Positions 9,948 to 18,197 of a stretch of DNA of 64,000 nucleotides are shown here, piece by piece; the stretch's first letter is position 1, and each line of letters begins with the position of its first letter. Below the pieces are notes generated by a model, which did no database searches, was not told the origin of the DNA, and saw only the letters and a list, made by a program, of their open reading frames with translations. The DNA lies in contig OZ242374.1 in assembly GCA_965209055.1 (NCBI GenBank), positions 4,864,001 to 4,928,000 on the forward strand, read 5' to 3'. This DNA comes from Acidobacteriota bacterium. Its GTDB lineage: Bacteria; Acidobacteriota; UBA6911; RPQK01; JAJDTT01. A program made the position numbers and the translations under genes.

Positions 9948-10400
9948 ATGAACAATATGGAACGGGAGCGCGTCGACGGTGAACTTCTTGCGCAGTTGAC
10001 AAGTGCTCTGGAGGAGCGCGAGGAGATCCTGGAAGCCTACCTCTTCGGATCGCATGCCTGTGGCCAAGCACGCCCGAATAGCGACATCGACGTCGCCGTC
10101 TACATCGATGAGGAGAGAGCCGGCGACGGCGCGTGGGGCTATCAGGCGCAACTCACGACAGACCTCATGATCGCGTTGGGTACGAACGACGTCGATGTCG
10201 TCGTGCTCAACAAGGTATCCATTCTCCTGTACCACCGGGTTCTGCGCGACGGCGTTCGATTGATGTCCCGGGACCTCAGGGCGACAACCACGCGTGCAGG
10301 TCAGGCCCTGTCCCGCTACTTCGACTTCCTTCCCCAACTGGACAAGATGGACCGCGCACGGCGGCACGCCGCCGGCTCCGCCATAGAGGATCAGCATTGA
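9948..10400 (+). CDS. mntA: Minimal nucleotidyltransferase antitoxin (MntA family)
   Basis: YLFGSHACGQARPNSDIDVAV (GSx10DxD), VDVVVLN. Confidence 0.88.
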   Translation: MNNMERERVDGELLAQLTSALEEREEILEAYLFGSHACGQARPNSDIDVAVYIDEERAGDGAWGYQAQLTTDLMIALGTNDVDVVVLNKVSILLYHRVLRDGVRLMSRDLRATTTRAGQALSRYFDFLPQLDKMDRARRHAAGSAIEDQH

Positions 10401-10837
10401 CTCCAGGCCGTCCCGACCGCCGTGTCGTCCAGAGACGGCTCATCGCGCTGCGTCGAGCGGTCTCAGTCTTACGCCGGCACGCCGGATGTACGCCGCAGGA
10501 ACTCAGCGCCGATATCGACCGCCGGTGGGCCATTGAACACGGGCTTCAGGTTTCGGCCCAAGCCGCTCTCGACGTAGCGACTCATCTCGGTTCAGCGTTG
10601 GGGTATGATCCAGGGACGTATGGATCGTCAATCGACTGTCTGGTCGAGGCCGATATCCTGCCGCGGAGCTTCGGGGAACGGTTCCGGCGGATTGCCGGTT
10701 TTCGGAACGTGCTCGTCCATGGATACCTGGAGGTCGACCTCGACCTGGTCGCCGAGATACTCTCCGAACGACTCGACGACTTCGAAGATTTCGTGCGCCA
10801 CGTCGAGCGGTGGCTCGACGAGTCCCCGGCCACTTGA
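10397..10837 (+). CDS. hepT: HEPN/DUF86 RNase toxin (HepT family)
   Basis: TTG start overlapping the mntA stop (TTGA); GFRNVLVHGY Rx4HxY motif. Confidence 0.88.
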   Translation: MTPGRPDRRVVQRRLIALRRAVSVLRRHAGCTPQELSADIDRRWAIEHGLQVSAQAALDVATHLGSALGYDPGTYGSSIDCLVEADILPRSFGERFRRIAGFRNVLVHGYLEVDLDLVAEILSERLDDFEDFVRHVERWLDESPAT

Positions 10838-10975
10838 TTCGGTCCGGCATCGGACCAGGATAACCACTGGAAACGCCAGTGAAGAGAACCAGGCCGGCGC
10901 CGAAGGGAACCAGGGGCAGTCAGCGGGTTCCGGACGGCCCGCGGCCGAAACATTTCGTCCTGAAGGAGGAGGCCA

Positions 10976-11425
10976 ATGAACTGGAAACTGATCATCATCG
11001 GCGGGCTGGCCTTTTGGCTCGTAACGAACATCCTGGGGTTGGGAGTCACCGGTCCCATCATCCACGAAGCGATCCTCGACCCGATGTACAAAGCCACCGA
11101 GTCGCTGTGGATCGAGCCCTTGCGCCAGGACCCACCCGACATGGCGGCCGTCATGCCGCGGTGGATCCTGGTGTCGCTGATCAGCAGCCTGGTCGTGGCC
11201 GGGCTCTACAGTTGCCTGCGCAAGGCTTTCGACGGTCCCGGATGGAAATGCGGGATGACCTGGGGGCTCTATCTGGGCATCTTCTCTTTCGTGACTCTGT
11301 TGAGTTACTCCGGGGTGATCGCCCTGCCCATGACGATCGTGCTCTGGTGGGGCGTCGATGGGCTGATTCTTTTCGTTTTGGGAGGAGCCGCCATGGGCTG
11401 GGCCGGAGAGAGGTTCGCGGGCTAG
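10976..11425 (+). CDS. Four-TM membrane protein (DUF1761-like)
   Basis: RBS AGGAGG; four hydrophobic helices. Confidence 0.7.
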   Translation: MNWKLIIIGGLAFWLVTNILGLGVTGPIIHEAILDPMYKATESLWIEPLRQDPPDMAAVMPRWILVSLISSLVVAGLYSCLRKAFDGPGWKCGMTWGLYLGIFSFVTLLSYSGVIALPMTIVLWWGVDGLILFVLGGAAMGWAGERFAG

Positions 11426-11677
11426 CCGGGTGCGCCTCCGCGCCGAACTCTCCAAGGCGAACCGTCGCGCCGCTGGTCGAAGAGGTGGCTCACCACCCGC
11501 TGCCGGGAAAGCCAGTGTCATGAGAGCTGCAAGGGTCTTCGAACTGGCCCACGGGAGATGAGAAAGGACGCGGGCTGGACCGGGGAGCCGCGCTTCGTGT
11601 CAGCCGGCCGGTCCGGAAAACGCCGGTGACCGCAGATTGGGGCAAGAAAGCACGAAATTTACATTCCGAGGGTATTC

Positions 11678-12001
11678 GTGTTTGATATATACGTGCCGGT
11701 ACATTTCGCTATGACATCCACCTTTTTGCACGCCGACTTCCTCCTTGCATTCGGCTTCATCTTCTTCCTGCTTCTAATCGTGCTGGTGTTGTGGATCGGG
11801 TTCCGGCGGCGACTCTCGGAAATCCAATCGGATCAGGAACAACAACGGGAACAGTTGGACGTCCTGGAGAACAAGATGGCACGGATAGAGGGCGCACTGT
11901 TCTATGGGCCGTCAGCGACGTGGACTATGGAGCACCGAGGGCAAGCTCCCGACCGGGCCACGACCCGTCCGAGCGATCCTCAGATCAGGAAGGATTTGTA
12001 A
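11678..12001 (+). CDS. Small membrane-anchored coiled-coil hypothetical protein
   Basis: One TM segment followed by ..LENKMARIEGAL; start uncertain. Confidence 0.5.
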   Translation: MFDIYVPVHFAMTSTFLHADFLLAFGFIFFLLLIVLVLWIGFRRRLSEIQSDQEQQREQLDVLENKMARIEGALFYGPSATWTMEHRGQAPDRATTRPSDPQIRKDL

Positions 12002-12014
12002 TCAATCTGAGGAG

Positions 12015-12064
12015 TTGGTGGAGCTGATGGGATTCGAACCCACGACCCCCTGAATGCCATTCAG
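12015..12064 (-). repeat. att site: 50-bp duplicate of the tRNA-Ala 3' portion
   Basis: TTGGTGGAGCTGATGGGATTCGAACCCACGACCCCCTGAATGCCATTCAG is identical to 33592-33641. Confidence 0.95.
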
Positions 12065-12245
12065 CGAAAACGGTCGTCTCACCACGTCTCATCTTATCCC
12101 ACAAGATCTTTCAACTGACTGATATACTTGAACTTGTCAGTCTATCATCGTATCATTCCGTCTCAGGAATTCCCGGTAAATCCGGAGCTGGTTGGAACCT
12201 ATATGGAACCAATATCTGAAATGGGTTCCAGTAGGAGGAGACGAA

Positions 12246-13421
12246 ATGCCCACCGCAAAGCTGACCGACAGGCTGCTGAAGAACCTGAAGACGGAACAAA
12301 CTGTCCAGGAATTCTGGGATCAGTCCTTCCCTGGCTCTTTCGGAGTTCGGGTCATGAAGAGTGGGCGAAAAACCTTCATGTTCCTCTATCGAACCGACGG
12401 CCGACGAAGACGGATGAAGCTTGGCGTCTACCCGGCACTTTCTCTGGCTCAGGCCAGGTCCCAGGCGTTCAAATTGCTGGGTGCCGTCCAGCGAGGAGAA
12501 GACCCGGCGGAAGAACGTCGGCAGGAACGCCAAGCCGGTACGTTCGAGGAGTTGGCCGATTTGTATCTGGAGAGGCACGCCCGACCCAACAAGAAACCGG
12601 CCAGCATCAAGGAAGACACCCGCATCTTGAACACCTACCTGCTGCCGGTTTGGGGCCGAAGAAAGTTTCGCACCATCACACGGTCCGATGTCATTCGTCT
12701 TCTGGACGACATCCAATTCAATCGTCAGGCTCCGGTCATGGCCAACCGGGTCAAGGCACTGACCTCCACGATCTTCAATTTTGCGTTGAGGAAGGCGCTG
12801 GTTCCGGAGACATTTGCCAATCCCTGCACCCACGTCGCTTTGCCGGCCAGGGAAAGGAGTCGTGACCGCGTGCTGAGCGACCATGAAATCCGGGCGCTTT
12901 GGAAAGATTTGGAGAACCGAATGGAACCGACCGCTTCCATCTATCGGCTCATCTTGTTGATGGGGCAAAGACCCGGCGAAACGAAAGCGATGCGGTGGCG
13001 CGACCTGGACGACGAGAACATCTGGACCATTCCAGCCACCGAAACCAAGAACAAGCGTGAACACAAGGTGCCCTTGTCGTCGCAGGCTCTGGTCATCATC
13101 GAGGGCCTGCGCCCCTTGACTGGTGACTCGGAATTTGTCTTTGCCTCCCCCAGAGGTGGACACATCCGCTGGCTCCAAAAGATGAGCCAACGCATTCAGA
13201 AAAAAACAGGATTCCATTTTCGACCCCACGACTTGCGGCGGACCTGTGCGACGAACTTGAGCAAGCTCGGCACCGACGATGTCACAATCGCCCGGATTCT
13301 GAACCACTCGTGGCCGTTCCGGCACATGACAGCCGTGTACAACCGGTGGGACAAGCTGCCGGAAATGGGCCGAGCGTTGCAAAGGTGGGGGGAACGTCTT
13401 GAGCAGATGGTCACTGGCTAG
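12246..13421 (+). CDS. Tyrosine integrase (P4-like, with N-terminal arm-binding domain)
   Basis: RBS AGGAGGAG; N-terminal FGVRV..SGRKTF...LGVYPALSLAQAR; catalytic GQRPGE, TKN, HDLRRT, LNH, VYNR. Confidence 0.93.
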   Translation: MPTAKLTDRLLKNLKTEQTVQEFWDQSFPGSFGVRVMKSGRKTFMFLYRTDGRRRRMKLGVYPALSLAQARSQAFKLLGAVQRGEDPAEERRQERQAGTFEELADLYLERHARPNKKPASIKEDTRILNTYLLPVWGRRKFRTITRSDVIRLLDDIQFNRQAPVMANRVKALTSTIFNFALRKALVPETFANPCTHVALPARERSRDRVLSDHEIRALWKDLENRMEPTASIYRLILLMGQRPGETKAMRWRDLDDENIWTIPATETKNKREHKVPLSSQALVIIEGLRPLTGDSEFVFASPRGGHIRWLQKMSQRIQKKTGFHFRPHDLRRTCATNLSKLGTDDVTIARILNHSWPFRHMTAVYNRWDKLPEMGRALQRWGERLEQMVTG

Positions 13422-13450
13422 AAGAGAGTGGTTTCATTCAGGCCAAACGC

Positions 13451-13599
13451 GGGCACTGGGTGCGGTTGTGCCGCACGGGTTCCGGTCGTCATTCCGAGAC
13501 TGGGCGGCCGAGGAGACGGATCATCCGCGCGAAGTCGTCGAGGCGGCGTACCGGCGGACGGACCTGTTCGAGCGCTGGTGTCGGCTCATGGAGGACTAG
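13451..13599 (+). pseudogene. C-terminal remnant of a second P4-type integrase
   Basis: PHGFRSSFRDWAAE...EAAYRRTDLFER..LMED, with the LAH segment missing. Confidence 0.75.
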
Positions 13600-13723
13600 G
13601 CGAGCTATCTGGCTGGCGAGATCCGGGCTCGGGCGTCCGTCCGGGTCTGTTGATCCGCCGTGGTGGTTCTCCCGGCAGGCTTCGAGATCTGGCGTTCGAG
13701 GCGGCGTCCGGGAGTTCGAACTG

Positions 13724-14020
13724 GACCGCTGAAAAGTGGGGTTCCGCGCCCGAACCGGGAGTGTAAGTGAGACAAAGAACGCGAGTTACATCGCGGAAGT
13801 CTGCCGACTTACACCTCCGATTTCCCCGATCTCTTTATCGGTCATGCAGTTACGTCCATATTCCCGGCTTCGCCGTGCCCGCACGGGGAAATCGGAGGTG
13901 GACGGGAGCGACCCCCCATTTTTCCTGCCCGGTGCGGGCATGGCGGTGTTGCGCAACTTACATTTGCGCAGCACCCCCTGGGGGGTCGCTCCCGTCGCAT
14001 TTTTCCCTCGCGGGAAGGCA
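13724..14020 (+). repeat. Structured non-coding element, copy 1 of 3
   Basis: Inverted repeats 13814-13827/13885-13898, 13873-13884/13932-13943, 13901-13917/13980-13996, 13945-13956/13964-13975; homologous to the ~16890 and ~17880 copies. Confidence 0.8.
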
Positions 14021-14150
14021 GTATGAACTCCCAACGAAGTGCCCGTATGTAATTGGAATTCAAGGTCGTCGAGTCCTGACCGGTAGATCGCTACGGCTGA
14101 GTTGGACCTTAAAACCGCCTCCTCTCGGGAACCTATGGTAGGCTTTTGTT

Positions 14151-14348
14151 ATGGCGATCATGCTGTCGGAAGTTTACGATGCGCTTATGGAGGCAGGTGC
14201 GAGCGAGGCCAAGGCTCGCGCCGCCGCCGAGCAGGTCGCCAGCCACAATAGTCGGTTACTCCGACTCGAAGTCATGACCGCATTGATCCTGACGCTGGTC
14301 GTAGCGATTTTCGTAATGGTGATCAATCTCTCCACCAAGCCTGCCTGA
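14151..14348 (+). CDS. Small protein with short coiled coil and C-terminal TM helix (DUF1640-like)
   Basis: EVYDALMEAGASEAKARAAAE followed by a hydrophobic tail. Confidence 0.7.
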   Translation: MAIMLSEVYDALMEAGASEAKARAAAEQVASHNSRLLRLEVMTALILTLVVAIFVMVINLSTKPA

Positions 14349-14589
14349 TTCAATTGAGAATCAGCGATCGCCGTGGTTCCCGGTCTATACCTGGAGAACT
14401 CGGGGCATCCTGTGGATCCAGCCTCCGTCGCAGTCGAGTCGGCGTAAGCTCGGGACTCCCTCATGAGTGCAATATTGGATAGGGCAGCCTGTTAGATCAT
14501 GCGTCTTTCCTGATGACCCATGTGATTCCTTGAAATAGGCTGGATTCAAATCTGCTTCCCCCGTTTAGGAACGCCCCCTTTCACAAATC

Positions 14590-14780
14590 CCCGTTGTGGT
14601 CGATGGTGTTCGCTCGCCAGGTACTGGACATCCTCCAGCGGCACGTTGTAGCTGAGCAGATCCGTGACCACCAGACCGCGAAACGAGTGGGCCGAGAGGA
14701 TCTCCGGCAGCCCGGCCGCCTTGAGCCGGAGCTTGAGAATTAGCTGCACGGCGAGAGGTAAACGCGACCGCTCGGTTTGC
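14590..14780 (-). pseudogene. XerC/D-like recombinase remnant
   Basis: KAAGLPEILSAHSFR..VTDLL..VPLEDVQYLA; no start and no catalytic Tyr region. Confidence 0.65.
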
Positions 14781-14983
14781 CTTCCCGCAGGTCTTTCGGA
14801 GACGACGGCGGTGCCGATCTTACGTCGCCATTCGAAGGCGCGAGGGTGCGAAATTCGTCCTGGGTCGGTGGCTCCTTGCCGACGCCCATCCCCCATTCAC
14901 TTTCAGATACGATCTGTTGGGGGTCCCCGGATACGCCCGAAACGACGGTTGGGGGTCTACGGTCACCCAAGGGACTACGGTAG

Positions 14984-16609
14984 ATGCTCGTATACGCGAA
15001 TCGGCTACAAGTTCACGGCGAGGCTTCCGAATCGGTGGTATTCAGAGCCATCGGCGGCTGGCTCAAGGAACAGCTTGGGTTCGGTCTTCATCCGGAGCAA
15101 CTGCTCTTGACCGGAATACACAACGGCCGACGCGGGGAACTGCCATCGCGGCTTCAGATCTTCAGCTGCTACGACGGCGATCCAGCGCTATGTGTATGGG
15201 TACTGAAGCACGGGGATGTGGCTGTCCGAGGACGACGGTGGACTGTCGAGATCGGGATCAAGAAGTCCGCTGGAACGTTGGAAGTCTCGTGCGTCGTGAA
15301 GACGGACGAAGGCAGCACCTTGGTCTCGACTCCCGTCAGTGCGTCCCAGCCACGGGTTATCCGATACATCGTCAACAACGTTGCGGACTCCAAGGAGATC
15401 ACCTTCGCCAAAACCGTACCCGGCGAGGTCCTGCGGACAGTTGGCGAAGATCGTGACTCGTACCGGGCTTTCTCATACTACATCCATCGGCACGACCGAA
15501 ACGGCCCAATCGTCCTCGTAAGCCCCACACGGGAGGGTGCATACCTCGTCAGTCCGACCGAACTTCAGAAAACTCTGATTGGCCTGGCTAACGTCGTTCA
15601 TGTGCTGCCGGGCTCCAACACCTACGAAATGGCGGACGGACTTGGGCGTCGGATGTCGGCCTGGGACGGAGCGGTGAACGTGCTGTCCATCCCATCGCCA
15701 TCAGGCGAGGTCCGGTCTCGGCTCTTCCGCTCGGACGAGATTCAAGCGTGGGGCGAGCATCCGCAGCGGATCTCGCGGGTCTTGGCGTGGGTAACCGTGA
15801 CGACCAACGTTCCGCGGTTGCGAGAGCGTGTCCGGCCGGAAGGTGTAAGGCTACTGTCCACGCGGCGGCGCATGGAGAAGCTGCGGGCAAGCGCAATCAA
15901 GATGAAGGAGGAGGAGGGGCGTCAAGCGCTGATCGAGGCCTCGCGACAAGCGGAGGAGGAGCAGGAACGAGTCTTCGAAGGGTTCGCGGAGGAGAACGAA
16001 GATCTCCTCAACGAAGTCTCGCGGTTGGAGGATGAACTCCGGGATGCGCAGGACGAACTTCGGAGGAAAGCCTACGAACTCAGTGCCGTGAAGGGTCAGC
16101 TTTCCGCCGCCGGCACCGAGAAGAGCGTCGAATTCGATCCCGGCCCTCTCTTGCGCCTCCTTGCGCGGAAGTGGCAGCCGAGCCCTTTGGAGTGCCTCGA
16201 CATCATCGAGCAGTACCATCGCGACAAATGTACGGTCCTGGACAGTGCTCGGAAGAGCGCAAGGAAATCTCCATTCATCAACGGATGCGAATTACTCGAT
16301 CTGTTAATCCGCCTCGTAACCGAGTACCGTGCTGGCTTGCTGGAAGGAGACGACGGCAAGGCGCGCTTGGTGTTCGGGAAGAACGAGTACGCAGCGAAAG
16401 AATCTGAGACCGTCACGGCGAACCCGGCGATGCGACGCCGGAGAACCTTCTTCTACGATGGCAGACCGTTGGAGATGTTTCGACATCTGAAGATCGGGAT
16501 CGCCGACGACCCGACGCAAACGGTACGGGTTCATTTCCACTGGGACGGAACTCGCCGGAAGATCGTGATCGGGTACTGTGGAGAACATCTCCCGGTTACC
16601 AGCCACTAA
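14984..16609 (+). CDS. Uncharacterised 541-aa protein with central coiled coil and C-terminal RelE-like (putative RNase) domain
   Basis: Long clean ORF; E/Q/R-rich coiled coil; C-terminal HLKIG...RVHFHWD...IVIGYCGEHLP. Function inferred. Confidence 0.7.
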   Translation: MLVYANRLQVHGEASESVVFRAIGGWLKEQLGFGLHPEQLLLTGIHNGRRGELPSRLQIFSCYDGDPALCVWVLKHGDVAVRGRRWTVEIGIKKSAGTLEVSCVVKTDEGSTLVSTPVSASQPRVIRYIVNNVADSKEITFAKTVPGEVLRTVGEDRDSYRAFSYYIHRHDRNGPIVLVSPTREGAYLVSPTELQKTLIGLANVVHVLPGSNTYEMADGLGRRMSAWDGAVNVLSIPSPSGEVRSRLFRSDEIQAWGEHPQRISRVLAWVTVTTNVPRLRERVRPEGVRLLSTRRRMEKLRASAIKMKEEEGRQALIEASRQAEEEQERVFEGFAEENEDLLNEVSRLEDELRDAQDELRRKAYELSAVKGQLSAAGTEKSVEFDPGPLLRLLARKWQPSPLECLDIIEQYHRDKCTVLDSARKSARKSPFINGCELLDLLIRLVTEYRAGLLEGDDGKARLVFGKNEYAAKESETVTANPAMRRRRTFFYDGRPLEMFRHLKIGIADDPTQTVRVHFHWDGTRRKIVIGYCGEHLPVTSH

Positions 16610-16809
16610 GCCGAGGACCCATTGGGTCGCATGATTCGCGAGGCGCGGGCAGCACCGGCTTACCAGCGACACCAACCATCAAGGCGCACCAACAGCGGGC
16701 CGTCGGGCGGCTACCAGCGGCGGAAGGTCGCTCCTTCCAGGTCGTGATTGACCGTGAACTCACTTGTCAGTCGCAAAGGCTGATGGAGGCTCGTTTCGGC
16801 TGTGCGTAA

Positions 16810-17092
16810 AGGGGGGCTCGTGCCCGTACGGGAGTGTGAACGGGACATGCGGGGTGGATTCACAAAAAGCGGTCCCGGCGGTTCACAAAGCCGCTTTCTC
16901 CGATCTCTTTGTCGCTCATGCAGTTACGGCCACATTCCCGGCTTCGCCGCGCCCGCACGGGGAAAGCGGAGGTGGATGGGAGCGCCCCCCCCTTTTTGCT
17001 GCCCGGTGCGGGCGCGGGGGTGTGGCGCCATTCACAATTGCGCCACACCCCCTGGGGGGGCGCTCCCATCGAATTGATCCCTACGGGAAGGT
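16810..17092 (+). repeat. Structured non-coding element, copy 2 of 3
   Basis: Same stems as copy 1 with compensatory changes, e.g. GATGGGAGCGCCCCCCC...GGGGGGGCGCTCCCATC (16975-17070). Confidence 0.8.
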
Positions 17093-17499
17093 GGAAGAAA
17101 CGCTCTATGAAGTGGAGAAATGTGGTCCTCGTTCCGGCTGGATTGGCGGCAGTGATCTGCCGCTGCGGATAGGGTCCCCTTCCCGGGCTTGGAGACAATC
17201 CCGTATCGGATCGGATCGCTGTTCACGAGCCAATGCTGCATGCGGTGGTCCAGGCTGGGGACGATTTGGCGTCAAGCGCCGGGGAGCGCACAGCCCACCA
17301 GCCAGCGCGGCCAACAAGAGTGCCTCCATTGAGATGATTATGATACCAATGTGGGTCCCACTCATTCTTACAGCGGAAGCTTCCACCAGAGTTATGGGAG
17401 CCGCGACACGATGGCAAGGAGCCCAGCGACGGCGGCCAAGATGGCTCCGCTGGAGCCAGAGGGCACGGAAAGGCTGGGGCGGGTGGCGAGCGGCGCGAC

Positions 17500-17688
17500 C
17501 GCGTCGTGTCGGTCCTCGGACCACAGGACGCAGTAGTGCGGCACATGCGGGCCTTGCCGCACCGGGAGTTGGCGTCGGTGCTCTGGAAGCTACGGGCCTC
17601 GGAGGCAAAGCCCGTGGCTCGGTTGGCCTTCGAGTTCCTGGTGCTCACGGCGGCGAGGTGGGACGAGGTGCGCTGGCGGATGTGGTGA
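17500..17688 (+). pseudogene. Internal fragment of a P4-type integrase
   Basis: HMRALPHRE...ARLAFEFLVLTAARWDEVR. Confidence 0.7.
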
Positions 17689-17725
17689 AAAACAAAGTCG
17701 AGCCGGATTCCAGGAGGTCGATCTT

Positions 17726-18017
17726 GACCGCTGAAAAGTGCGGTTCCGTGCCGATCGGGGAGTGCACATGAGACAACGGGGGGCATGTGCACCATGAGGG
17801 CTCGTCGACGTGCACGGCGACTTTTCTCTAACCTGCTGTCCCCGTTCGGGTTACGGATTTCCTCGCGGCTCGGCGGTGTCGCTCGGGGAAAGCGGAGGTG
17901 GACGGGAGCGACCCCCTTTTTTTGCCTCCCGGATCGGCAATGCGGGGCAGCCTGATGTGCACTCGCGTGCCATCGTCTTGGGGGGTCGCTCCCGTCTCAT
18001 GATCCCTTCGGGAAGGC
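17726..18017 (+). repeat. Structured non-coding element, copy 3 of 3
   Basis: GACCGCTGAAAAGTG shared with 13724; GGGGAAAGCGGAGGTGGACGGGAGCGACCCCC...GGGGGTCGCTCCCGTC (stem 17901-17996). Confidence 0.75.
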
Positions 18018-18197
18018 CAACAGAAAACAGGTTTGTGCGTCGCCACACACAGACCGACGCACCAGGACGGCGCCTCGTGACCCAGCAAAGAGAACCTTGC
18101 TAAGCCTCCATCGAAGGAGTACAAAGACGAAGACCGTGCAACGCCTCGCGGTAAACCCATCCAAGAAAGCGGGACACCTTCAATAGATAGAGACGAA

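Noticed and set aside
12015-12064. Possible second tRNA-Ala gene
   Set aside because: Only the 3' portion is present, with no D-arm or 5' acceptor strand; it is the att duplicate.
16764-17771. 335-aa ORF and overlapping ORFs in the island
   Set aside because: They run through the structured repeat and integrase debris, with no recognisable domain and implausible composition.
18133-18145. GTGCAA upstream of cas3 as a third mini-array target
   Set aside because: Only 6 nt match and the flank is ACC, not a TTC-like PAM.
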